NCBI GenBank assembly: GCA_028293125.1
Contig: JAQGPJ010000003.1
Coordinates: 16,453 to 80,452 of the forward strand
DNA: 64,000 nucleotides
DNA from: Verrucomicrobiales bacterium
GTDB lineage: Bacteria > Verrucomicrobiota > Verrucomicrobiia > Verrucomicrobiales > V1-33
Reading direction: 5' to 3'
A model generated the notes under the pieces. The model saw only the letters and a program-made list of their open reading frames with translations, was not told where the DNA came from and ran no database searches. Position numbers and translations under genes: made by a program. Positions 13,588 to 21,977 of the stretch are shown here, piece by piece (position 1 is the first letter of the stretch; each line of letters opens with the position of its first letter).

Positions 13588-15024
13588 TCAGCGGCGCCGG
13601 CTGCGGCGGCCCCCGGGGCCGGAGGCGTATTCGGCACCGGCGGAGCCACTGGATTCCTGAGCCGGCTGCGGTGCCGGTTCACGGCGGGGGCGGGACGGTG
13701 GTGAGCCGCCACGCGACGCGGGCTGCTGCCCGCTCCGTTCCCGGGGTCCACCACTGCCACCACCACCACCCGCACCCTGACGCTGGCCGCCGCGGGTGCC
13801 GCCTCCCTGAGCTGCGCCGCCATCACCACCGCGCCGGTTCTGCGGGCGCGGACCCCGGCTGACCGGAGGCTCGGCGGAACGCGGAGGCGCGGGGGCGGAG
13901 AGGTCAAAGTTTTCCGCCTTTTTCCGCAGGATGCCGCGGCCGATGAATTTTTCCAGACTGCGCAGGGCGGCCTGGTCGTCACCGCTGACAAAGCTGATGG
14001 CGTCCCCGATGGCGTGGGCGCGTCCGGTGCGGCCGATGCGGTGCACGTAGTCCTCGGCGTGCGGCGGGAAGTCGTAATTCACCACGTGGGAAATGCCGTC
14101 CACATCAATGCCGCGGGCCGCGATGTCCGTGGCCACCAGCACCCGCACCGCGCCGTCGCGGAAATCCTTCAGCGCCTTCAGACGCTGGTTCTGGGAGCGG
14201 TTGGAGTGCAGGGTGCCGCAGGAGATCCTGGACTGCTCCAGCCGCTTCGAGATGCGGTCCGCCCCGTGCTTGGTGCGGGTGAAGACCAGCACGCTGTTCA
14301 TGGCCGGATCCTCCAGCAGATGCGCCAGCAGGCCGGGCTTCAGATGCGCCGGCACCTCATACACCCACTGGGTCACGGTTTCCGCCGGATTGGACCGGCG
14401 GCCCACCTGCACGGTTTTGGGGGAGCGCTGGAACTCCTGGGTCAGCGACTCGATCTCCTTGGAAAGCGTGGCTGAGAACAGCAGCGTCTGGCGCTTGCCG
14501 GGCAGGCCGCGCACGATGCGCCGGATGGAGGGCAGGAAGCCCATGTCCAGCATGCGGTCGGCCTCGTCCAGCACCAAGTATTCAATGCCCGAGAAATCCC
14601 CGTGTCCCTGGCCCAGCAGATCCAGCAAACGACCGGGGCAGGCGACGATGATATCCACGCCGGCGCGCAGCGACTGAATCTGCGGGCGCTCACCCACTCC
14701 CCCGAACACCGTGGCGATGCGCAGGTTCAGGTGTTTGCCGTAGATGCGCACATTCTCCTCGATCTGCACCGCCAGCTCCCGCGTGGGGGCCAGGATGAGG
14801 GCCTTGGTACCGGCGCGGCCATTGAGGACGGCGGTCATGCGGGTGAGAAGCGGAAGAGTGAAAGCGGCGGTTTTGCCCGTGCCCGTCTGGGCAATCCCGA
14901 TCACATCCGTTCCGGCCAGGATGACGGGGATGGCCGCGGCCTGAATGGGGGTGGGTTCGGTGTAGCCGGCTTCCTGCACGGCTTGGACAATACGGGCTTC
15001 GAGCCCGAGAGCGGTAAAAGGCAT
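13588..15024 (-). CDS. DEAD-box ATP-dependent RNA helicase (RhlE-like) with an Arg/Gly-rich C-terminal tail
   Basis: Contains the Q-motif (YTEPTPIQ), motif I AQTGTGKT, motif II (V)LDEAD, SAT, and HRIGRTGRAH. The C-terminal ~110 aa are RGG/PRG low complexity. Confidence 0.93.
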   Translation of the reverse strand: MPFTALGLEARIVQAVQEAGYTEPTPIQAAAIPVILAGTDVIGIAQTGTGKTAAFTLPLLTRMTAVLNGRAGTKALILAPTRELAVQIEENVRIYGKHLNLRIATVFGGVGERPQIQSLRAGVDIIVACPGRLLDLLGQGHGDFSGIEYLVLDEADRMLDMGFLPSIRRIVRGLPGKRQTLLFSATLSKEIESLTQEFQRSPKTVQVGRRSNPAETVTQWVYEVPAHLKPGLLAHLLEDPAMNSVLVFTRTKHGADRISKRLEQSRISCGTLHSNRSQNQRLKALKDFRDGAVRVLVATDIAARGIDVDGISHVVNYDFPPHAEDYVHRIGRTGRAHAIGDAISFVSGDDQAALRSLEKFIGRGILRKKAENFDLSAPAPPRSAEPPVSRGPRPQNRRGGDGGAAQGGGTRGGQRQGAGGGGGSGGPRERSGQQPASRGGSPPSRPRREPAPQPAQESSGSAGAEYASGPGGRRSRRR

Positions 15025-15152
15025 AGCCGTCCAGTCTCGTCTCTATTTTCAGTTCCGCACGGGGAAAAGCCGGAAATCTTTCAGGAGGCACACGGGACCG
15101 CAAAATCCGCAAAGGGCATCCGCATCTTTTGGAAAAATCCCGCCGAAACCGC

Positions 15153-15184
15153 TTGCCTCTGTTGTATGGTACAGGGCTTAGACT
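15153..15184 (+). promoter_or_regulatory. candidate MerR-type promoter (long 20-nt spacer) of the merR-copA unit
   Basis: TTGCCT (15153-15158) and TAGACT (15179-15184) are separated by 20 nt. The spacer contains the weak dyad ctgt-N8-acag. The -10 element ends 9 nt before the regulator ATG, implying a near-leaderless mRNA. This rests on the pattern only. Confidence 0.35.
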
Positions 15185-15193
15185 GGTGTTGGA

Positions 15194-15658
15194 ATGAAAT
15201 CGGAAACCTCCCCTGTCCACACCCGCGCCGCCCTGGCCAAAGCCGCCGGCGTGGGGCCGGAGACGCTGCGCTTCTATGAAAAAAAAGGGCTGCTGGAGAA
15301 GCCGGCCCGCAATGCCGCCGGGCACCGGCTCTACGGCGCGGCGGATCTGGAGCGGATGCGCTTCATCAGCCGCGCGCAGCTGCTGGGCTTCAGCCTTCAG
15401 GATATCGGTCAGCTGCTGACCCTCACCGGCAGCATCCGCACCCCGCGCCGGATGGTGCGCGGCATCGCCAGCGCCCGGCTGGAGGAGATCCGTCAGAAAA
15501 TCCGCGATCTGAAATCCATGGAGAGCGCCCTGAGCCGCCTGGTGTCGCAATGTGATGGAAAAGGCGCCCTTCAGGGCTGCCCCATTGCGGAGTTTGTGTC
15601 GGGCGGCACGCCGGATTCCTCATCCAACCCTAACCCCCCAAAAACCTGCCATGAGTGA
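15194..15658 (+). CDS. MerR-family metal-responsive transcriptional regulator (CueR/HmrR-like)
   Basis: Has the N-terminal MerR HTH ([21 protein letters not shown]), a dimerisation helix, and a C-terminal Cys pair ([10 protein letters not shown]). Its stop overlaps the start of the Cu-ATPase gene by 8 nt. Confidence 0.85.
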   Translation: MKSETSPVHTRAALAKAAGVGPETLRFYEKKGLLEKPARNAAGHRLYGAADLERMRFISRAQLLGFSLQDIGQLLTLTGSIRTPRRMVRGIASARLEEIRQKIRDLKSMESALSRLVSQCDGKGALQGCPIAEFVSGGTPDSSSNPNPPKTCHE

Positions 15659-18113
15659 TTGCTGCCATTCCTCCCCACAACCGGAGCGGGAGGTCAAACC
15701 CGTGGTGAAAAAAGAACCCCAAAGCGGCTGCCACCCGCCTCATGACAGCGGCGGTGAGCCTGTCCCGGCGCAGGCTGCCCCTCCGCCGGAAGCCTCCTGC
15801 TGCCACGGGCATCCTTCATCCCCGGCATTCGCCTCCGGTAAGCCGCCGTCAGCCGGAGCCAAATATTTCTGCCCCATGTGCCCGGGCGTGGAGTCCGAAA
15901 AGCCCGGCGACTGCCCCAAATGCGGCATGGCCCTGGAGCGGAATCCGGCCTGGCGCGCGGAGGCGCGCACCGTTTACACCTGTCCCATGCATCCAGAGAT
16001 CCGTCAGGATCATCCCGGCGACTGTCCGAAGTGCGGCATGGCCTTGGAGCCGTTGTCATTGCCCGCCCCCGATCAAGGGGACAGAGACGGGGAGGCCGAT
16101 GCCGAGGCAGACAGCCTGCGCCGGCGTTTATGGCTGGGGACCGCCTTGGGGCTGCCGGTGTTTGTGCTGGCGATGGGCGGCATGCTGCCCGGCCTGCGGC
16201 AGGCGGCGTGGATGCATGGCAGGGGGGCGGCATGGGCGCAGTTTGTGCTGGCCAGCGTGGTCGTTTTCGGACCGGGCATGTTTGTGTTCCGCAGAGCCTG
16301 GCGGTCGCTGCGGCACCGCAGTCTGAATATGTTCACGCTGATTGCGCTGGGTGTGGGCGCGGCATGGGCATTCAGCACGGCGGCTCTGCTGTTTCCGGGA
16401 TGGATGCCGCATGCACCGGGGCATGGCGCGCAGCCCCATGGCGGCGGACCGGCGCTGTATTTTGAATCCGCGGCGGTCATCACGGTGCTCGTCATCCTCG
16501 GCCAGTGGCTGGAGGCGCGGGCCCGCAGCCGCACCGGACAGGCGGTGCGGGCATTGCTGGGACTGGCGGCCAAAACCGCGCGCCGGGTGATGGACGGACA
16601 CGAGGAGGATGTGCCGCTGGAGGCTGTGGGGACCGGCGACACACTGCGGGTGCGGCCCGGTGAGAAGATTCCCACCGATGGCATCCTGACCGAAGGAGGC
16701 AGCACCGTGGATGAATCCATGATCACCGGGGAATCCCTGCCGGTGAGTAAAAAAGCCGGTGATGAGGTGACAGGCGCGACCCTGAACCAGACCGGGACCT
16801 TTCTCATGAAAGCCGGGCGGACCGGAGCCGACACCCTGCTGGCCCGCATCGTGGCCATGGTGAGTGAGGCCCAGCGCAGCCGCGCGCCCATCCAACGCCT
16901 GGCGGACCACGTGTCGGGATGGTTTGTGCCGGTGGTGGTGCTGGCGGCGGTGGCGGCTTTCATCGTCTGGATGTCAGTGGGGCCGGAGCCCCGCCTGCCC
17001 ATGGCCATCTCGGCTGCGGTGGCGGTGCTCATCATCGCCTGTCCCTGCGCCTTGGGACTGGCGACGCCCATGTCTATAATGGTCGGAGTGGGGAAGGGAG
17101 CGCAGCTGGGAGTGCTGGTCCGCGATGCCGCCGCCTTGGAGCGGGCGGAGAAAGTGACCCATCTGATCACGGACAAAACCGGCACCCTGACCGAAGGCCG
17201 TCCCGTGGTCCGCCGCATCAAAGCCGCACAGCCTGGCGGGGAGGACACTGTGCTGGCATTGGCCGCGGCGCTGGAGAAGCTGAGTGAGCACCCGCTGGCC
17301 CACGCGGTGCTGACCGCGGCCCGCGAGCGGAAACTGAAACTGCCCGCCGTACAGGATTTCCAGTCCGTCACCGGGGCAGGGATCACCGGAACCCTTGAAG
17401 GACGGCGCATCCGGGTGGGAAAACCCTCCTGGCTGAGCGGGGAGGGCGTGGCCGTTCCGTCTGATCTGCTGAAGGAGGCGGAGGAGCTTCAGGCCGGCGC
17501 CTGCACGGTGATTTGGGTGGCTGACGGGGATGCTGTCGCGGGATTCATCGCCGCCGCCGATCCGCTGAAACCTTCCGCTGCCAAGGCGGTCCGCGATCTC
17601 CATGACATGGGGCTGAAGCTGGTGATGCTGACGGGGGACAATCCGGGAACCGCCCAGGCCATCGGCCGGGAACTGGGCATCGACGACGTGCGCGCCGGAC
17701 TCAGTCCCGCTGACAAAATGGATGCCGTGCGGGCGCTGGGGGAAAAAGGGGCGGTCACCGCCATGGCCGGCGACGGCATCAACGACGCCCCGGCCCTGGC
17801 CTTGGCCGATGTGGGCATCGCCATGGGCACCGGCACCGATGCCGCCATTGAAAGCGCTGGCCTCACACTGGTGAAGGGCGACCCCGCCGGCATGGTCCGG
17901 GCACTGCGCCTCAGCCGCGCGGTGATGCGCAACATCCGCCAGAATCTCTTTTTCGCCTTCATCTACAATGCCGTGGGCGTGCCCGTCGCCGCCGGCGTGC
18001 TTTATCCCTTCACCGGCTGGCTCCTCAATCCCATGATCGCCGGTGCCGCCATGGCGCTCAGCAGTGTCTCCGTCATCACCAACGCTTTGCGTCTGCGCGC
18101 TGTCAAAATCTGA
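15651..18113 (+). CDS. copA: copper-translocating P1B-type ATPase
   Basis: Contains the CPC motif ([11 protein letters not shown]), the phosphorylation site DKTGTLT, TGES-type TGESLP, and GDGINDAP. The start is taken at ATG 15651 (MSDCCH...). The N-terminus carries two CCH motifs and two CPxx...[10 protein letters not shown] zinc-ribbon-like metal-binding modules. Confidence 0.93.
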   Translation: MSDCCHSSPQPEREVKPVVKKEPQSGCHPPHDSGGEPVPAQAAPPPEASCCHGHPSSPAFASGKPPSAGAKYFCPMCPGVESEKPGDCPKCGMALERNPAWRAEARTVYTCPMHPEIRQDHPGDCPKCGMALEPLSLPAPDQGDRDGEADAEADSLRRRLWLGTALGLPVFVLAMGGMLPGLRQAAWMHGRGAAWAQFVLASVVVFGPGMFVFRRAWRSLRHRSLNMFTLIALGVGAAWAFSTAALLFPGWMPHAPGHGAQPHGGGPALYFESAAVITVLVILGQWLEARARSRTGQAVRALLGLAAKTARRVMDGHEEDVPLEAVGTGDTLRVRPGEKIPTDGILTEGGSTVDESMITGESLPVSKKAGDEVTGATLNQTGTFLMKAGRTGADTLLARIVAMVSEAQRSRAPIQRLADHVSGWFVPVVVLAAVAAFIVWMSVGPEPRLPMAISAAVAVLIIACPCALGLATPMSIMVGVGKGAQLGVLVRDAAALERAEKVTHLITDKTGTLTEGRPVVRRIKAAQPGGEDTVLALAAALEKLSEHPLAHAVLTAARERKLKLPAVQDFQSVTGAGITGTLEGRRIRVGKPSWLSGEGVAVPSDLLKEAEELQAGACTVIWVADGDAVAGFIAAADPLKPSAAKAVRDLHDMGLKLVMLTGDNPGTAQAIGRELGIDDVRAGLSPADKMDAVRALGEKGAVTAMAGDGINDAPALALADVGIAMGTGTDAAIESAGLTLVKGDPAGMVRALRLSRAVMRNIRQNLFFAFIYNAVGVPVAAGVLYPFTGWLLNPMIAGAAMALSSVSVITNALRLRAVKI

Positions 18114-18114
18114 A

Positions 18115-18161
18115 ATTTGAGATTTGAGATTTGAGATTGAAATCCGGAATCTGAAATCTGA
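18115..18161. repeat. short tandem heptamer repeats in the AT-rich convergent spacer
   Basis: (atttgag)x3 at 18115-18135 plus a degenerate copy, then (aatctga)x2 at 18148-18161. These lie between the copA stop and the GNAT stop. Confidence 0.6.
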
Positions 18162-18174
18162 ACTCGGAGCCCGG

Positions 18175-18792
18175 TCAAAGCTCCTTCATCCAAAAGGTCA
18201 GCCATTTGGGGGATTCCGTCTCCTCGCCCATCTCCTTCCAGGAGAACTGGGTGCGGAGCGTGGTTTTGTGGAAACCGCGCTTTTGCCAGAAGGCGTCCAG
18301 AGGCACGTAGTCTGCGGGGCGGGCCGGGTGTTCGGCAGGGCGGTCCACGGCGCAGAAGACGGCGTGCCGGATGCCGGGCAGGGAGCGGGCGAAGCGTTCG
18401 CGCTCCTCAAAAAAGCGCACGCCGATGCCTTGGCCCCGCCATGGGGGCAGCAGCACGCTCTCGCCGAAATAAAAGATGCGGTCCGGATCCATGCCGGCGG
18501 CCAGGAAGGGAGCTTTGACCTCCTCCGTCTCATCCCGCATGGGAATGCCGGTGGAGATGCCGGCCACTTCCCTGGTGGCCTTGTCTTGGGCCACCACGAA
18601 CAGGCTGTTCCCGTGGCCGCTGTAGGTCAGCAGGTAGCCGCGCTCGTAATCGTCATCGCCTTCGTACAGATAGGGCCATTCCCGGAAGACGGCGATGCGC
18701 AGGCGGGCGGCGTCCGGAATAAACGGCTGGATGGCGGGGCCGGTGTGGCATTCAATGGTGACACCGTTGGCGGGGGCGGAGGATTCACTCAT
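18175..18792 (-). CDS. GNAT-family N-acetyltransferase
   Basis: The acetyl-CoA binding signature (RGQGIGVRFFEERERFA) sits in a GNAT-length protein. I place the start at ATG 18792 (MSESSAP...), which overlaps the upstream permease stop by 8 nt. Confidence 0.8.
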   Translation of the reverse strand: MSESSAPANGVTIECHTGPAIQPFIPDAARLRIAVFREWPYLYEGDDDYERGYLLTYSGHGNSLFVVAQDKATREVAGISTGIPMRDETEEVKAPFLAAGMDPDRIFYFGESVLLPPWRGQGIGVRFFEERERFARSLPGIRHAVFCAVDRPAEHPARPADYVPLDAFWQKRGFHKTTLRTQFSWKEMGEETESPKWLTFWMKEL

Positions 18793-20476
18793 CGGAGACA
18801 ATGCCGCGGTTGCGGATGATGCGGCGGAAAAAAAATTCAGCGATGACGGCAACCGCCAGCATGGAGCCCAGCCACACGGTGAACCAGTCGTATTCCCAGG
18901 CAGCCCATGAAATGGCGCTGACCCCCATGGAGACAGCCAGTCCCAGCGCTGACATCACGCACCCCATTTTGACTCCCTTGCTCTCCACCTGGGTTTCCGA
19001 AAAAGGCAGGAACGGCGAGGTCAGCGCCGGCACCGCGCTCATGATATAGGCCAGCACCAGTCCCGGCAGCAGCATGGCCAGGCCGGTCGTGTTTTGGGAA
19101 ATCACCGCCATCAGCACCGTGCAGAGCAGAAAGACCGGCAGCGTGATCAGCAGCAGCACCGCCTTGCGGACACCGAAAAACAAGGGGGCCGCGGAAGCCA
19201 GGGGCGCGAACCGGAACAGCTCCGCGCCGCGGTATTCCTCGGAGTAGCGCATCAGCTCCACCGTCATGAAGGGAATGGTGCCCAAAAATCCGATGACGGC
19301 CGCGCTGCTGAAATCCGATGACTCTGCCCGGCGGGTGGAAAACGAGAACATGATGGCGTAAACCACCCATTGGGCGATCTGGGGATAGACCCGCAGCTTC
19401 ACATCGCGGGCCCGTCCCAGCTGGGCCATGGCCAGCATGAAGCCGGTGCGCTCCAAGGGATCGCGCAGCCACTGTTTCAAAAGCGGCAGGCGCGGCAGGC
19501 GCTCCGTCCAGCGTCCCTTGCCGTTATAGGAAGTGGCGGGTGAGGCGGTGTGCTCATTCAGAGTGACCACGGTCTCCTCATAGACACCGGCCAGTCTGGA
19601 GAAGGCCAGCCAGGAGGTCAAGGCCGTCACCCCGAGCGCCAGAGCCGTGCCGGCCAGGGCTTGGGGGGTGGGCTCCAGCGTCATCACCAGCAGGTCCAGT
19701 CCCCCGAACCAAGCGGGCGGCAGGGCGATGATCCACGGACTGGTGCTCCAGTGCACCAGGTCCACGGAATGCATCAGCCGGGGAGCCAGCTGTCCGCCGG
19801 CCACCAGCACCACGGCGGCCACCACTTGGGAGGCGGTGATCAGGCTTTTCACCCTCGCTTGGCCGAACAGTCTGGCGCAGAGCTGGAAAGCCAGCACCAC
19901 GGCGCTCACGCAGAAAAGCGCCTGCAGGGTCACGGAGAAAAGGTGGGCCGGCACATAGCGCCACGCTCCCGGCCCCCGCGTCAGCGCGATGGCGGCCATG
20001 CCCGCGATATTGAGCGCCACCGCCATCCTGGCGGTTTCGCCGAACAGGACCCGGACCTTGGCGAGGAGGATAAAGCGGGCGGGCACCGGGCGGTGCAGCA
20101 GGATGTCCGACTCCTGATCGTTGAAAAGCAGCGTGCCGCAGGCCGTGGCCGCCGACATGCCGGTCATCACCAGGGTCAGCACATGCACCATCACAAAGGA
20201 GACCCGCGGGGGCATGGGAGGAAACGCGAAAGGCAGCAGGATCAGGCCGAGCAGGGCGAAAAACACCAGCGGACCGTATTTCCTCGTCCTAAGGGTCCGG
20301 GTTTTGAGCGGCTGATTTTTCGGGGTCCGGCGCCCGCTCCAGTAAAGGGCGCTGAAAAGTCGGCGGAGAGCCTGCTTTTGCAGATTCTCCACTTGGGCCT
20401 GGCTGGCCGGGGGGGGTGCCGGGACGGAGTCCGGACCGCCGGCGGAGGGCCCGCCGGGGCTCATGGCCGCACTCAT
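18785..20476 (-). CDS. polytopic membrane protein, putative ABC-exporter permease component
   Basis: 563 aa with a basic cytoplasmic N-terminus followed by about 10-12 hydrophobic helices. An ATGA start/stop overlap links it to the upstream ABC ATPase gene. No specific family motif was recognised by eye. Confidence 0.7.
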   Translation of the reverse strand: MSAAMSPGGPSAGGPDSVPAPPPASQAQVENLQKQALRRLFSALYWSGRRTPKNQPLKTRTLRTRKYGPLVFFALLGLILLPFAFPPMPPRVSFVMVHVLTLVMTGMSAATACGTLLFNDQESDILLHRPVPARFILLAKVRVLFGETARMAVALNIAGMAAIALTRGPGAWRYVPAHLFSVTLQALFCVSAVVLAFQLCARLFGQARVKSLITASQVVAAVVLVAGGQLAPRLMHSVDLVHWSTSPWIIALPPAWFGGLDLLVMTLEPTPQALAGTALALGVTALTSWLAFSRLAGVYEETVVTLNEHTASPATSYNGKGRWTERLPRLPLLKQWLRDPLERTGFMLAMAQLGRARDVKLRVYPQIAQWVVYAIMFSFSTRRAESSDFSSAAVIGFLGTIPFMTVELMRYSEEYRGAELFRFAPLASAAPLFFGVRKAVLLLITLPVFLLCTVLMAVISQNTTGLAMLLPGLVLAYIMSAVPALTSPFLPFSETQVESKGVKMGCVMSALGLAVSMGVSAISWAAWEYDWFTVWLGSMLAVAVIAEFFFRRIIRNRGIVSDE

Positions 20477-21243
20477 GATTCAAAGGTCCGGGCAAAGGCT
20501 TCGGCGCGCTGGCGGAGCTGGTCGCCGCCGGTGAGGCGGGTGAAGATCTCCTCCAGCGGGATGCCGCCGTGCGCCGCCATGAGGGACTCCGGCGAGCCGT
20601 CGAGCACCAGCCGGCCCTGATTGATGATCACCACGCGGTCGCAGACCCGCTCCACGACATCGAGGATGTGGGAGCTGTAAACCACCGTGCGGCCCTGTTT
20701 AGCCAGGGTCTGGATGAGGGCTTTGAATCCCACCGCGGCATTGGCGTCCAGTCCGTCCAACGGCTCATCGAAAAGAATGACCGGGGGATTGTGCAGCAGG
20801 GAGGAGATGATGACCACCTTTCGCCGCATCCCCTTGCTGTAGGCCCCCAGCAGCTTGTCGGTCAGGGTCTCCCAGGTAAGTTCGAAGAACTGGATGAACT
20901 CGCGGATGCGGGCGTCCGCCTGCTGCTGCCCCAGCCCGTAGAGGGCGGCCACCATGCGCAGATACTCCAGACCGGTCAGGGATTCATACAGGGCGCCGCT
21001 TTCCGGCACAAATCCCACGCTGCGCTTCACGCCCAGCAGATCCGTCAGGAGGTCGTGCCCGGCGATGACCGCAGTGCCGGAGGTGGGCCGCAGCATGCCG
21101 GTGAGCATTTTCAGGGTGGTGGACTTGCCGGCTCCGTTGGGTCCCAGAAAGCCCACGATCTGCCCGCGCGGGATCTCCAAGGACAACTGCTCCACCGCCG
21201 GCTTCCCGGCGAAGACCTTGGTGAGTTCATGAATGGTGATCAT
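20473..21243 (-). CDS. ABC transporter ATP-binding protein
   Basis: Walker A GPNGAGKST, an ABC signature-like YSKGMRRKV, and Walker B ILFDEPLDGLD, in a protein of 256 aa. Confidence 0.93.
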   Translation of the reverse strand: MITIHELTKVFAGKPAVEQLSLEIPRGQIVGFLGPNGAGKSTTLKMLTGMLRPTSGTAVIAGHDLLTDLLGVKRSVGFVPESGALYESLTGLEYLRMVAALYGLGQQQADARIREFIQFFELTWETLTDKLLGAYSKGMRRKVVIISSLLHNPPVILFDEPLDGLDANAAVGFKALIQTLAKQGRTVVYSSHILDVVERVCDRVVIINQGRLVLDGSPESLMAAHGGIPLEEIFTRLTGGDQLRQRAEAFARTFES

Positions 21244-21396
21244 GGCGGGCGGGAAAAGGGAGCGGCGGAGACCGGTTGCAAAGCGGTGATGGAGGCGGAT
21301 GGCAAAATCAAGGCGGGTCCCGAAGGGGAAAGGAAGGAAAAATTCCGCAAATGACTGTCAGTTTCCGGATGCGCGGCGGGAAGTATCAGGTGGCGC

Positions 21397-21927
21397 GTGC
21401 CATACCCAACCATGAGCGAGACCCCGGAATTCCTTCAGCTTTTCCTGACGCATCAGAGCGATCTCCGCGCCTTCATTGGTGCCTTGGTCCGCGACTCCCA
21501 GGCCCGGGAGGATATCTTCCAGAATGTGTCCCTGGCTCTCTGGGAGAACTTTGAGCGCTACGACCGTGAGCGGTCATTCGGAGCGTGGGCACGCGGCATC
21601 GCCGCGAAGAAGGTGATGCACGAACACCGCCGCAACGCGCGCTTCCCGCTGCTGCTGCCGCCGGAGGCCATCCAGGCGGTGGCCGACGCCTACGACCGCA
21701 CGGAGCGCGCCGCCGGCCCCCGCCAAGCCGCTCTAAGCGAATGCCTGGGCCGACTGCCGGTGAAAACGCGGGAGATCCTGGCCCTGCGTTATGAGGGCGA
21801 GCTGAGCGGTGAAACCATCGCCCTGCGCACCGGATCCTCGGTGGCGGCGGTGCATCAGACCCTTTCCCGCGCCCGCGCGGCGCTCTCCGACTGCATCCGC
21901 CTGAGGCTGAACGCCGCTGGAAAATAA
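21397..21927 (+). CDS. ECF-type RNA polymerase sigma-70 family factor
   Basis: 176 aa with region 2 (DIFQNVSLALWENFERYD..SFGAWARGIA) and a region 4 HTH (REILALRYEGELSGETIALRTGSSVAAVHQTLSRAR). The start could instead be the ATG at 21412. Confidence 0.9.
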   Translation: MPYPTMSETPEFLQLFLTHQSDLRAFIGALVRDSQAREDIFQNVSLALWENFERYDRERSFGAWARGIAAKKVMHEHRRNARFPLLLPPEAIQAVADAYDRTERAAGPRQAALSECLGRLPVKTREILALRYEGELSGETIALRTGSSVAAVHQTLSRARAALSDCIRLRLNAAGK

Positions 21928-21977
21928 AATAAGTCAACATTCCCCTCCTCTTTCCTTTCCAATCCAATCCTTTTGTC

